A DNA stretch of 64,000 nucleotides, from positions 81,530,001 through 81,594,000 of the forward strand of contig NC_091472.1 of assembly GCF_036971445.1 (NCBI RefSeq), given 5' to 3'. The position numbers were made by a program, and so were the translations under genes. The notes under the pieces were generated by a model. That model was not told the origin of the DNA. It saw only the letters and a program-made list of their open reading frames with translations, and ran no database searches. Source of the DNA: Narcine bancroftii (Eukaryota). Position 1 is the stretch's first letter; each line of letters opens with the position of its first letter. Below, piece by piece: positions 12,979-25,351 of the stretch.

Positions 12979-14667
12979 GGGGGGGCGTGGCAAGATGGCG
13001 TAGGGAGCGGATGTGCATTCCCGATCTCCCCCAGGCAGTTATATAAATACCCGTTTTAAGAATATTTCTTTTCTGTTAAAAGTCTTTGTTTTGTTTATCA
13101 ATTGTTTTTAGTTTAAAATGGCAACAAAGATTAAGGAAAATAGAGTTCAAATACAGAACAAAACTACACTCGCCGACTTTGGAAGAAACTCGGCCTACTT
13201 GCCCAGACAGAACCACGGAGTCAAGGCTGGAATTTTCTTAAGAACGGAGCTCATTAATTGGACTGTCGGATAAGCTGGTCTTGGACACCCCTCTGAAAGA
13301 TGGTGATGAATATTGATTTGAAATGTTTTATGAGGATAAATTGCAGTAATTGGCATTGGTTGCCCGTGAGTTTTAAAAATCCAGATAACATTAAAGTTTA
13401 TTAGTGACTTTTTTTGGATGGAATATCGAAAGGATGAATTTATTATCTATAAATACAGAACAAAATTACATTCTTTGACTTTGGAAGAAATTTGACCTAT
13501 TTGCCCAGACAGAGCCGGAGTTGGTGCTGGAATTTTCTCAAGAACAGAACTTATTAAAGTTGATTTCGGACTCCTTTTTGAAAGATGGCGACGAATGTTG
13601 ATTTGAAATATTTGAAATATTTTCTGAAGATAAACATATATATGGAACTCCTTGACCTGCAATAAGGTTTATCAGTGATTTTTTTTTGGATGGAATATTG
13701 GAAGAGTGAATTTATTATCTGTGAGTATGCATACATTGCAAACAGATTTTAATAGTTTTGAAAAGGTTTTTTTTAAACTAAACAACAAGATCAGTTTAAT
13801 ATTGAGAAAATTGGAAAAAACGGAAACTTTATTATTAAATTTGGAAATTCAGTAGAAAGAAACTATGAACAAGATTGATGATTTATAAAATTAAAGTCGA
13901 AGGAGCAATGTCCAAGAAGAGTTAAAAATTTTGAATAAGTTTTTCTTGAAAATAAACAATAATTTCAACTTAACATTGAGAAGATTGACAAAGTGGAAAA
14001 TTTGGTATTAAATTGGGAAACACAAAAGAAAGAACTTATGAATAACATTGATGCTTTAGAAGATCAAGACCGAAGGAATTATGTTCAAGAAAATTTTAAA
14101 AGATTTGAAAAAAACTTTTTTTGAAAGTAAGCTACAAATTCAACTTGAGACTGAGAAGAATGGAAGATTCGGTGTTGAACTGGGATGTTCAGAGGTGTTT
14201 TAATTCAGTGGATGAAATTCAGGAAGACTTGAAAAAAAAATTTAAAAAAAACTTTTATTGATTGTAAACAATGTTTAACTCAGTGTTGGGAGGGTGGAAA
14301 GGGTGCAAAATTTAATATCAAGTTTGGATTTTCAAAAAAAAGAGTTTATGAATAAGATTGGTTAAATTGATGGACCGGGGTTTTATGGATATAAGAAATG
14401 ATGATTTTTCGGTTTATACGTGTATTTTGTCTGCCTGGGGGGGGGAGCGGGTGGTATTTCTGCTCCCGAAAGTCATATGCTACTTGTGGTTTATACCACA
14501 CCCATTTGGGTTTTTGGGAATTAACCACCACAAGGTGGTTTCCTAAGGGGTTAGGGGAGGTGGGGGGGGTGAAAATTTGAAAATTATTTAGTATCTATTA
14601 TGTAATATTATACTAAGTCAATTTGAAATGAATGTATGGAGATACTATAAATAAATTTCAAAAAAAA
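12979..14667 (+). mobile_element. non-autonomous L1-derived retroposon (HAL1-like, ORF1 remnants only)
   Basis: 16-bp TSD AGAAATCCATGAAACT (12963-12978, 14668-14683); 5' GGGGGGGCGTGGCAAGATGGCG; AATAAA plus A-tail; ORF1-like IDALEDQDRRNYV near 14047; no ORF2 sequence recognised. Confidence 0.88.
12992..13000 (+). promoter_or_regulatory. YY1-like site (AAGATGGCG) in the L1-type 5' end
   Basis: Matches the YY1 consensus at the position where mammalian L1 carries its YY1 site. The same motif is on the minus strand at 36497-36505. Confidence 0.6.
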
Positions 14668-17037
14668 AGAAATCCATGAAACTCAGATTTAAAATTTACA
14701 ATTAACATTGGATCAATTTCCACTTTTGGTAGAAAGTTCTAAGTTCTGTCATTTTTGCATGTTAAAGTGTTTGCTGTCTTCCTTCCTTTTATATTTTATC
14801 TATTTCACCTTGTCTTAGATTCATCAGACGGCAAATAGAACTTTTTTCTATTTTTGTTATCAAAATCCCCTAAAACTCTTTAATTTTCCAAATTCTAAGA
14901 AGTTCATCTCTAGTTTGTACTAAATTTTTCCATAATTTAATCCTTGAACCCCAGTTATCATTCTGATAAAGCTCTGCTGAATTCCCTTAAAGGCCAATGT
15001 GATGCCTAGTGTGGTCTAACTTGGATTTACCCCATCATACATGGTATTTTATCTCTTCTATTTATGATCTCTAGATTTTTATTAGCCTTTTTTTGCACCT
15101 GTCCATTATATTATAAAAATAACACAGAAATGCTGGAGGAACTCAGTAGGTCTTACAGCGTTCATTGGACGTAAAGATATATAACCAACATTTTGGGCAT
15201 GAGCCCTTCTTCAAGATATATTGTAATGACTTTTTAATGGTTTTCCATAGATGTAGACTAGTTCCCTATATGTAGAATCAGCAAAATAAATTGCTCCAGG
15301 CATCCCATAAATGTGTGACAAGTCCCTGTGAAAACAATATTATTTCTTTTGCTATCTTTATTCTTTCAAAGGACTGCTCGACACTGGGGTGAGAAGGCCA
15401 GGGCTATTAATGGACAAAGTTTATCTCTTTTTCTTTAGGTATTTAATTGAGTATTCAATTAAGTATTTAAAAGCTTCCTCTGAACTTGCAAATGGTCCTA
15501 GTACAAAATGCACTGGTGCCACTGATTATCGTTCTGTGCAGGTTAATTTGAAGTTTGTGGATCAAACATGAACATCTCAGTGTGTGAAGAATGGTGCTTA
15601 ATCCTCCAGCCCCTGGGTAAATAGTATAGAAGCGAGGGTTTTATAACAAAAAAAGATAAAAGATCAACCAAAAGTATCCAATCACCAGCAACTTTAAAGA
15701 AACTGTTGTTTATCCACAAAGAGCGAATTGTAACCAGGCCACAATGAACTATGCACCCAACATTCTTTTCCACTTATATGAGTTTTGTCCTATTGCTCAA
15801 GGTATTTTAAATAAAGTGGGTAATATAAGATGGCAGTTGCACTGCAAAAAAATGAAGTTGTAAAATGTATTAACAGACCAATAAAAGTGCTTTGTGGCAT
15901 TCTGGCTAGGGTTTCAGGAAAATTACAGATAAGTTTTGAGATACAATAATGGGAGGTTGTCAGATGATACACTGCAGGATTTCTTTAAAAGAAGGGGTCA
16001 AGATTATATCCTACAGGCCATAAATGTGATACTTTATCTCTAAAGACTTGGCTGTGAGTACAGTAAAGATTCCATTGTTTTTGTTAACCTGTTAACCTGT
16101 TGAATATCTGGATTAAATGCCAAGATATAATTTTTCATGCAAAGTGCCATGTGCTGTATAATACTAGTTACAGAAGCAAAATAATGCCAGAAATCTGAAA
16201 TTAAAGTGAATATGCTGGAAACATTCTGCAGTTCATATTTTATGGAGAAAAAGGCAGAGTTAATGTTTTATGTCAATGCCTTGAGTTTTTTTGTGTTATT
16301 TTATTTTCTATTCCAGTTCAAAAATTGTTATTGTTTTAATATTTAAAGGTCTTTCATCAGAATGAGGACAAGTTACAGTTTTAAGAATTCAAGACATGGA
16401 GAAGATTTATAAAAGGGGGGGGGGGGGTCGAAGAACAAAAATGAGAAGTTGGGAGGCAGAAGAAATTAATTGACAGAAGAGTTGATAGCATAGAGAGAAG
16501 GAATATACCGACTGTACAAATAAAGAAACAAAAAGTGAGCCTGGAGAAAGTGGGAATAGTAATATTATTATTGAAAATTGTCGATTCTGTCTTTTCACAG
16601 CAATTCCACGTAGACATGGCACTAAATCGAGGATTTTCCTTGCCTCTGTTACTCATTGTTTCTCAATGGCCACTTTTACAAAATCTATTAGTATCCTTCC
16701 AAATGTTTGCATTCAGCTGACTTTGAAACCATTCAGACCACAGGATAAAAGCCTCTGCCAAGAGCATGCACAGTTGTAGCAACTGCCGGGAAAATGTTCA
16801 AGTTCCCCAGATGTATACACAGCTGCCGAAAGACAAATTTCTTCCTGATGTAAGCGTCCCACCACCACATGTCCTATACCCATACTGGTCATCGAGTTAT
16901 GCATGTTCACCTCACTATTACAGCCATTAACACTGAAAGCTTGCTGGTCTGTCAATCCACATCAAAAGCAGATGCTTGTGTCATTTTAAGGACTCAGTAA
17001 TATGCATGATGGAATTGTTTTTTCCTGCTTCTACCAT

Positions 17038-20000
17038 TGTAGCGTGACTGATACACTCAGAGACAGGTGAAGTGTACAAACATGCTTTTAATAGCTTACA
17101 ATCAATGGCCAGTAGACACAATAATCCTCAGGTGAATCTGAGGGTAAGGCGGGAAAGCCAGTGTTTATATTGGGGTAGGTGAGGGTGGAGCCAGGGGAGG
17201 GGCCAGACATCTAAACAATACACAGACAGTGAATTGAGCCTGTGGGGAGAAAAACAGACTATTCATTCAAAAAAAACTTAGTACTTTACAAATATTTACA
17301 AGTCTGTCAGGGGTTCTGGTAATTCTGGTCATGTGCTGCAGTACTGGAGGACTTTGGGCTTCCTGAACCTTCTGGATCCCCTGTGGAGTACATGGTCATT
17401 GGGTCTTGCGGGCTCCAGCTCAGGTCGTGGGGTGGATTTGTCCACTTCCAGAGCAGTGTTCTCCGGGACTCTGAGTGGGGTACTTGGTAGTTCCTGGCTC
17501 ACTTGAGACAATGGATCCTCAGTTCTGGCAGGTGCCCTCTCTGCCATCAGGGTTTGCTACATAGGCATACATTGGGTTGGTGTGCAGCTGATGGACCCTC
17601 TCGATTAGGGGGTCTGTCTTGCTCCTCCTCACATGTTTTCTCAGCAGGACTGGCCCTGGCGCCATCAGCCAAGCTGGGAGAATAGTCCCAGATATGAATT
17701 TCCTCTGGAACATAAACATAAGCTCATAAGGAGTTGCGCTGGTCGCTGTGGAGAGGAACAACCTTATGGAGTGGAGTACGATGAGTAGGACTTCTTGCCA
17801 GTGCAAGTCTGGAAGGACTTTGGATCGGAGACCCAATTTCATGGCCTTCCATACAGTCACATTCTCTTTTTCAACTTATCGGTTCCCCTGGGGATTGAAG
17901 CGAGTCGTCCTGCTTGAGGAATGCCCCTTGTGAGCAGGTACTGGCATAGCTCTTCGCTCATAAATGATGAGCCCCGGTCACTGTGGATATAGCTGGGATA
18001 CCTGAACAGGGTGAAAATAGAGTGGAAGGCCTTGATGACTGGTGGTGGTCATGTCTGGGCAGAAGGTGGCGAACAGAAAAAGTGAATACTCGTCGATAAC
18101 ATTGAGAAGTACACGTTTCCGTTGGTGGAAGGCAGGGGACCCTTGAAATCGACACTGAGTCATTCGAAGGGGCGGGATGCCTTTATCAGGTGCGCTTTGT
18201 CAGGGCGGTAGAAATACAGCTTGCACTCCACGCAGACCTGGGAGGACCTGATCACCTCCCTGATGATCTCCCTGATGTCCTAAATGGAGTAGGGCAGGTT
18301 GCGTGACTTGACAAAATGAGCCATGTGAGTGATGCCTGGACGGCAAAGCTCATCGTGCAGTGACCGCAACTGTGCAGAGGCACAGCTTCCTCTTCACAGG
18401 GCATCTGGAGGTTCATTGAGAGTACCTGGCCAGTATACTATATCGTAACTATAAATGGAGAGCTCAATCCTCCACCTAGCGATCTTATCATTCTTTATTT
18501 TGCCCCCTTTTGCATTATTAAACATAAATGCCACCGATCGCTGGTCAGTGAGCAGTGTAAATTTTCTGCCAGCCAGGTAGTGCCTTCAGTGCCTAATAGC
18601 TTTTACAATGTCTTGAGCCTCTTTCTCCACAGATGGGTTCTGAAGCTCATGGCCTTGTAGGGTGTGGGAGAAAAAGGCAACCAGCCTCCCCACCTGGTTA
18701 AGGGTAGAGGCCAGAGTTACATCAGAGGCATCGCTTTCCACCTGGAAGGGTGCTTTCTCATCCACCACGTGCATGGTTACCTTTGCAATGTAGCTCTGAA
18801 TAGAGTTGAAAGCTGCATGGGCTTCAGCCAACAATGGGAGAGAGGTGGACTTTAAAAGGGGGTGGACTTTATCTGCCTAGTGAGGGACCCATTGGGTGTG
18901 GTAGGAAAAGAAGCCCAGGCACCTCCTTAAAACTTTCATGGTTCTCGGGATCGGGAGGTCTAACAGGGAGTGCATTCAATCGGGGTCAGTGCCAATGAAA
19001 CCATTCTCCACCACATAGCCCAGGATCGCCAGACATTTTGTCTGGAACACACACTTACTGGAGTTGAACGTGAGGTTTAAGGCCTTGGCCATGTGGAGAA
19101 ACCTCTGGAGGTTGGCATCATGGTCTTCCAGACAGTGTCCACAAATGGTGACATTGTCAAAATAAGGGAAGGTGGCCTTCAACCCGTACTCATCGACCAT
19201 TTTGTCCATCTGTCTCTGGAAGACTGAGACCCATTGGTGATACCAAAAGGGAACCTCCGTGACTGATAGAGCCGTCCATCTGCCTCAAATACTGTCCTCA
19301 GAATGGATCGGTAACTGATAGAATGCAGCTTTCAGGTCGATGGTCAAATAGACCCAATACTGCACAATTTTGTTTACCATGTCTGAAATTCGAGGGAGGG
19401 AGTACACGTCCAGGAGTGTGAAACGATTAATTGTTTGGCTATAGTCAATCAATAGCCTGGACTTTTCTTCCCCTTTCACGACTACCACCTGGGCTCTCCA
19501 TGGAATGTTGCTAGGTTCAATGATGTTTTCTTTGTGCAGCTGCTGTGTCTCAGCTCTGATAAATTCCTGGGACCCCCCCTGGGACCCCCCCCCCACCCCC
19601 CACACACACTGTAATGCCTACTCTTTGTAGCTATTGACTTGCAATCAGGAGTCAGGTTCAGAAACAGTGAGGGAAGAATCAATATTTATGGTGGAGAGAC
19701 CACATGTGGTGCCCGGCTTTTGGGACCTTCCGTTCCGCACTGTGATTGGAGGAAGAGGGCCAGAGTGAGTGGTCACACTTTTAAGGTGACACAGAAAGTC
19801 CAGGACCAGCCACACAGGAGCACACAAATTCTTCAGTACATATAATCGGAAATTACAAAATCCCCCCCCCCTCCCCCATTACAGTTAGAGGCACTATACA
19901 ATACCCCATGGATCATTGCAGAGTGCGAGTGTGAAGCTAAAAAAAATGATAGTCCATCGGGTACACTTTTAAGTTGTACCACAGAGCAGTTGCAGAGTTT

Positions 20001-21408
20001 CTAAATCTCTCGGTGGGGCGAGTGTCTACCAAGCAATCAGTCAAATTTCTGTTTACCCTCTCCTCCATCAGTGAGTTATTCAATTGGTGAGGTATTTCCT
20101 GATCCAGGATGACCAATGCCAGTGCTCCGGAAACCCCATCGCTCCCGAAGCTGATGTCAACTCTCTCCTCTTGGCCCCCAAGCAGACAAGGTGGTGTCGA
20201 CCACGAGGTGCTGCAAGATAGCTGCCCTCCATCTTGATCTGACGATGAACTAGGTGGCGCCGACCTTGAGGCATGGCAAGATGGTCACCGCAATGCTTCA
20301 CTTCCAGTGCGGGTCCCGCCACGAGGCATGGCAAGAAGACACTGGCAGCGAACAGCATGGAGAGGCAGGGGCCGGTCCTTCGGGATTCGGCCACACGTCG
20401 AGTGATGATTCGGGGGTTGCACACAAGGTCACCCTCTTTGGGTTCCCTTTAGTCTGCCAGACCTTCACCCAGTGCCCTCGCTTCCCGCATCCAGTACACA
20501 CAGAGTCCTTTGCAGGGCTTCAGGAGCAGGGGTGCTCTGCCTGTCCACAGAAGTAGCATCCTCAATCGCGTGTGGTCTCAGTGCTCAGCTCTGGGGTTGC
20601 AGGAGTCACAGGCACCCCAATGACTTGGTCCTTTGATAAGACACCTCTTTTGCCCGTGAGGTCACCAGCTCCCAGTTGGACCTGCTCAAGCACTTTCACC
20701 AGCTCCAGGGTGCTGGCCAAGTCTTTCTTCCCCAACTCCAGCAGTCACTGCCTCACGTACCTTGACCTCACTCCTGCCACGAGGGTGTCCCGGATTTGTT
20801 CCTCCTCTCTCACCCCAGCCATGGCCACATCATAGTGGCATTTTCTGGTCAGGGCCCACAGTTCAAGAACATAGCCATTCAGCAACTCCCCCAGATGCTG
20901 CCAACATTGAGTCAGTGCCTCGCCAGCACATCATTCTGGTGCCTCATGTAGAGGGCGTTCAAGCCTTCTATGGCCGACTCTTAGGTAGCACAGTCTGATG
21001 ATAGCAGACCCTTTGGGGCTGAGTCAAGAAAGAAGTGCAGATCTCTGGAGCCCATCCAAGTTGAAGATGTCATATGTCGCTATCAGGTAGGACTCAAAGC
21101 ACTCCAGCCAGTAGGTGAATTCCTCTGGGGTCTCAGGGGACTGAGGGTCAATCTGGAGCATGCCTGGCTTCAGCAGGGCTTCCAACCTGCTTCAAAGTAA
21201 GCTAGTAAAATTCTAGCACAACTGAATGCACTCAGCTACAAGTGAGGAGTACAAACACGCTTTTAATAGCTTACAACCAATGGCCTGTAGACAATAGTCC
21301 TCAGGTGAATCTGAGGTAAGGCGGGGAAACCAGGGTTTATACTGGGGTAGGTGAGGGAGGAGCCAGCCATCTGAACTACACACAGACAATGAATTCCAGT
21401 TCACTGCA
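17038..21408 (-). mobile_element. Gypsy LTR retrotransposon (Mag-like), decayed
   Basis: LTRs at about 17038-17236 and 21212-21408; 5-bp TSD ACCAT (17033-17037, 21409-21413). Domain order gag (CTGCGKRGHW), RT (IDLKAAFYQ, YFDN), RNase H (VESDASD), integrase. Confidence 0.93.
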
Positions 21409-21454
21409 ACCATAATATACACCAGTAACTTCACAAACAGCAGAACCTTCTACA

Positions 21455-22295
21455 GTGACTGGCATTCCATCCAAATTTGTGAAGACGTGGTAACTTTTGG
21501 CACTCCAACCAATCTGAGGAGTTCCCAGAAATGTATATTGGCACCTTCAGGAACAACATTTTACCACCAGGCATCTCTCATTGTGAAAACCATGCTAGTC
21601 TTCATTATTGTAAGTGTCAAACAACTAACAGTACAAGAGAAATTGATTTTGAAGATAAAAAATATATTTTTTTAAATTCAATTAATTGCTGCTTATATTT
21701 GGCCACATGTCTCTAAATGTCAGTGCTGGCTTGAACTTTAAATAACAAGCAGATGGAGGATTATGAAAGAGAAAAGTCACATCCCCTTCGAAAAGTAACT
21801 TCAACACATCTCAGAATGAGTATGAATGTGAATTTTAATGGAAGTTGATGTTATTGATGGTGCATGAGAGATGAAAATCAGGTGACTTTCAGCTTAGCAA
21901 GTAAGGTAACAATGGGTAAGATTGCATAAGGGAAGGCTTTAAGTCTTGAAAAAATAGAATTGACAAAGCTCTCTAAAATAAAGCACATTAGATTACTTAC
22001 TCTCACTGATTAGTTGTCTATTTTAAAGGCTAACATTGTGTATTAAACTGTTGTATTAAAATTTGGTTGATAAATGCAAACATCATTTTAATGAATCAAA
22101 ATATTTCTTGATCTTCAAAATCATTTTCACTGTTAAAGTGTTTGACACTTGCAACAGTAATGACCCCCAACAGAGATACCAGAGAATCGTGTTTTCGGAT
22201 ACTGCCTGATGAATTCCACAGGGATTCTTGGTCATGGTCTCAGAGGCCAAAAAAATAACACAAATATCACAAAATGAAGGGATGAAAATTGTCAC
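21455..22295. repeat. long degenerate inverted repeat, possibly an ancient foldback or MITE element
   Basis: 21601-21688 (AAGTGTCAAACAACTAACAGT...TGATTTTGAAGATAAAAAATAT) is the approximate reverse complement of 22083-22165. Weaker similarity extends outward. Confidence 0.7.
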
Positions 22296-22457
22296 TCATT
22301 GTAAAAGAGACATCTGGCTAGTTGACTAGGAAGTTTAAATTAGATCTTGCCATTGACCTTGGCAGTGTCCTGGTTTCTCAGATCCACCCTATCTCCCAAC
22401 TCCTGCTCCCTTTCTGTTAACCTATTTTTAACTGGAGCCATATCAAGAAAATAGTAA

Positions 22458-22498
22458 GGCCTTCAACTCTATTCGGAGGCCTTCAACTCTATTCGGAG
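22458..22498. repeat. 20-bp tandem duplication
   Basis: GGCCTTCAACTCTATTCGGA twice. Confidence 0.95.
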
Positions 22499-22724
22499 CT
22501 ACATTGCAACCTCCACAACATTGACTTGCTGTAGTTGTCCACAGTTCACTTCATCCTCGGCCAAATACTTTTTCTTCCTCTGCAAGCATAGCACTTTGCC
22601 TTTTCCATCCTAGTACATTCCTTTTAAACCCATTGCACCTATGTACTTGGAGTCAAGTAAAAATTACAGTTGAAATTTGATTTTGTTTAGATTATAAACA
22701 AATATTCTATGAGCAAACAATGAG

Positions 22725-22885
22725 GAGCTGAGGGACTCAGCAGGCCAGGCAGCATCCATGGAGAGAAATAGTCCATTAATGTTTCAGTTCAGATCGTTTA
22801 TTAAAATCCTGGGCTGGGACCTGAAGCATTGTCTGATCATTTCTCTCCATGGAAGCTACCTGACCCACTAAGTCCTGCTTAATTT
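22725..22885. mobile_element. palindromic Penelope-derived short repeat
   Basis: The arms CAGGCAGCATCCATGGAGAGAAAT and ATTTCTCTCCATGGAAGCTACCTG are near reverse complements. Related to other PLE termini in the window. Confidence 0.6.
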
Positions 22886-22929
22886 TCATTGTTAGCTCAG
22901 AGATTCCAGATGTTTTTCTCAGATTTCTC

Positions 22930-23250
22930 TGGCTTCCATTAAACCTCCCCACCCCCCTCCACTTCTTCTCACATTGCCTTCCTCTAGCTCTGTCTCTCTC
23001 CCTTTTCCTTGCCTCCTTTTGCACAAACATGATAAATTCATACCTTTTCCCTTATCATACCCAATTCAGCATTGTCTGATTCTGAGATTTCCTACTTGTG
23101 GCTCGTTCTTCTTATTCCCCGAAGAAGGACTCAGGCCCAAAATGGCAGCAATATATCTGCTTTTTTTTTGGATGCGGGAAAGACCGGCTGAAATCCTCCA
23201 GAAATTCTGTGTTTTTTTTAACTACAATCGCAGCATCTGCAGACATTTGT
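22930..23250 (+). mobile_element. Penelope-like terminal fragment
   Basis: CT-rich tract followed by CCCGAAGAAGGACTCAGGCCCAAAATGG...CAGCATCTGCAGAC. Confidence 0.55.
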
Positions 23251-23372
23251 ATAGTTGATGCACTGCAAAATCTCTTCAAGGGATCCCTACACTGAAGAAG
23301 TTCTCCACCTCTCTTCGAAGTGAGTTCTATGAGTGTCTCTCTCTCTGCTCCCATCTGCACTCCCTGCTGCTC

Positions 23373-24006
23373 TCAAGTCAAGTCACCTTTATTTATTGTT
23401 CATACCATGCTCACACAGTAAATATGAGATAGCTTATCTCCAGGACCACAGAGCACATTTACATAAATCTAAGTTAGAATAGAAGTTAAACACATTCAAA
23501 ATATTAAAATATTAAGATATATATGGCACAATCCATGTACACTATCCAAAGATATTCTGGGAATTCGGGAGTATGATGGCTTGGGGGATAAAGCTGTTGC
23601 CCAATATGGACATAAGAGCCCAAGTGATGCACTACCTCCTACCAGATGGTAGAAGGGAGAACAGTTAACATGAAGAATATGTGGAGTCCTTCACAATGTT
23701 TATTGCTTTTCACCTACATTAACAAATGCTACAGATGTCCTTCATGATAGGATGAGACGCCCCCCAATGATCTTTTCCGCTGACTTCACTATCCTCTTCA
23801 GGGTCTTGAGGTCCAAATAGGTACAGCTTCCAAACCAGGTGGTGATGCAGTTGTGCAGGATGTTCTCGATACATCCTTTGTAGAATGTAGTGAGGATGGA
23901 GGGTGGGAGATGAACTTTCCTCAGCCTTCACAGGAAGTAGAGCCGCTGCCGGTCTTTCTTGGCTATGGAGCTGGTGTTAAGGGACCAGGTGAGATTCTCT
24001 ACCTGG
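23373..24006 (-). mobile_element. Rex1/Babar-type LINE 3' fragment
   Basis: Minus strand encodes LRKVHLPPSILTTFYKGCIENILHNCITTWFGSCT...IVKSAEKIIG. The tail is AATAAAGGTGACTTGACTTGA. Confidence 0.8.
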
Positions 24007-24264
24007 AAAGACATTAAGATCTTTGTGAACACATCAGACAATAAAACATGCATAATATCATTTTTTAAATTGCCATAACCTAAGAAATATATAAGTTGCT
24101 GAAAGATAGGTCACATTTAATTTTCACTGAGCTGCAACAAAATAGTAAAGAGCAGTCAAGGCTAAGTGAATGGGCCATTGCTGAACTTATAGATGGCTTT
24201 TGAAGAGCATCTTGTGAGTGCCTTATTTCAAGGGTCAGGGCGTGTAGTCAAGAATCAAACAACC

Positions 24265-24646
24265 TGTGACGCATTATGTTATATTTTATATTGTATATAG
24301 ATATGTTTTAAAGGAGATAAATTGTGAGTTTTTTTTTAGTGTAGGTCACAAATAATTCACAATACAGATCTCATTTAAAATGCCAGAGCTCTGCTCAAGT
24401 CAGACAGTCCAGGATCCCAGTGCCTTTGTAAAGACAATGGAAATTGCTTTGCTGAAGGACTTCACAAGTAGGTGTTAATTAGACATGGAGTAGTAGATTA
24501 TTGTTTTGAAAAGCAACAGATGAATGGACTCAGAAGATTGGGTCTGGTGCCATAATCTGTCTGAATGCAGTTTGCTGTTCTAAGAAACTCAGGTGGTTTT
24601 GCAAGCAGAGAGAGAAAGAGAAAGGAGACCAAACAGGCTTTCTCTA

Positions 24647-24714
<68 letters not shown>

Positions 24715-25351
24715 CTGGTTTTCTGCAGTGGCTTTTGGAAACCCATTTTGAAGATAGGTTGTGAGTTCTGAGTTCAGCCTGTTCAAAGCCCTTGTGGTCC
24801 ATACAAGAGGAGATGGCTCGCTGCATAATATTTCACCTGAGATAAGGGAAACAGAAAAGGAACTCTGTGGTGACCTGAAAGAAAGAAGTTATTGTCTGGA
24901 AAACCTTGATTGGGCAAGTTTCTTCATCAAGACACTGAAGTGGCTGATTAGAAGGAATCAGTTTGTGTGTGTCCAATGAGCAACAAATCTCTCTCTGAAA
25001 ATTAACAAGAACCTTCCTGAGCAGTAACCATTTACCTTTAAAGCACCAAAGCCTGGTAAAGATTCATAAATGTTAAATTCTGTGCACAGTATAAGAATTG
25101 CCTGATTCTGGTGAACTTGGGGGAGTGAGATTGGACTGTGAATCAAAGAACTTTTCTTAACTTATACACTCATTACATACACGTATGCTTAGAATTAGAA
25201 GAGAGTTAAGTTAGGTTAGTAGTAATAAGTTAAAGTTTGATCTCCTGATTTTATGTTTAAAGAAAATTAAAATCTACTTTTGTTTAAGTAACCATTTGCC
25301 TTGGTGTGTTTCTATGGCTGCTGGATTTTGGGGTCCTCTGGGCCTGTCACA
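24265..25351 (+). mobile_element. solo LTR with internal (GA)n
   Basis: TGTGAC...GTCACA termini; 4-bp TSD AACC (24261-24264, 25352-25355); homologous to 6667-7793. Strand is tentative. Confidence 0.9.
24652..24711. repeat. (GA)n microsatellite
   Basis: Perfect GA run inside the solo LTR. Confidence 0.98.

Larger units (their letters stand above)
12825..15100 (-). mobile_element. old CR1 3' fragment split by the 12979-14667 insertion
   Basis: ACATGGGAGCAGAAAGAGGCCATTTAGG tail as at 63250. The sequence continues across the TSD at 14684. Confidence 0.6.

Noticed and set aside
15541-15616. Possible plus-strand exon (TGCAG...GTAAAT); similar case at about 16717-16849
   Set aside because: All three frames are interrupted by stops.
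21201-21217. GCTAG...CTAGC hairpin at the LTR/internal boundary as a self-priming structure
   Set aside because: It depends on a C where the other LTR has G (TGTAG), so it is probably a chance result of mutation.
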